NCBI GenBank assembly: GCA_963725665.1
Contig: CAVRZA010000006.1
Span: forward strand, 288,001 to 352,000
From: an uncultured Actinomycetes bacterium
GTDB taxonomy: Bacteria > Actinomycetota > Thermoleophilia > UBA2241
Length of the DNA: 64,000 nt
Reading direction: 5' to 3'
The stretch's first letter is position 1, and each line of letters starts with the position of its first letter. Shown one piece after another: positions 63,886-64,000 of this stretch. Position numbers and translations under genes: made by a program. The notes below the pieces were generated by a model. It was given only the letters and a program-made list of their open reading frames with translations. It had not been told where the DNA came from and did no database searches.

Positions 63886-64000
63886 CGTGGCCCCTTTCTT
63901 CCCCCAGTGTGATCTGCCGGCAGGACTCGGTCCCAGCCGGCCCGGTCTCGGGTCCTTCGGGGCAGCCTCCGTCGACGGTCACCCCTCGCCCCGTCATCGC

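Overview
High-GC bacterial window, probably from an anaerobic actinobacterium (inferred from GC content, a CwlM-like amidase and a GerMN/Gmad2 lipoprotein). It holds a complete but split pyrrolysine system: pylSc and pylSn at 8-11 kb around a corrinoid protein and a radical SAM gene, and pylB-pylC-pylD-tRNA-Pyl(CUA) at 55.7-59 kb. It also holds two UGA-recoded selenoprotein genes (grdB, grdA) of an atypical glycine/betaine-reductase-like operon that has no grdD in this window. The 3' end of tRNA-Pyl is duplicated 1.2 kb downstream, indicating that it served as an integration site. A ~560-bp near-identical inverted repeat (AOR 3' end plus ferredoxin) brackets ~43 kb, and flipping that segment would bring the pyl genes together. 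Between the repeats is an amine/amino-acid catabolic region (six PotD-like genes in the window, ABC transporter, aminotransferase, aldolase, SDRs, racemase-family enzymes, Grd) with a recurring GTnGACWGTCnAC motif, probably the operator of the local GntR. An IS21-scarred cassette (ocd-like, glycerate kinase, divergent enolase) lies between broken remnants of older eno and gck genes. About ten single-base frameshifts may be sequencing errors.
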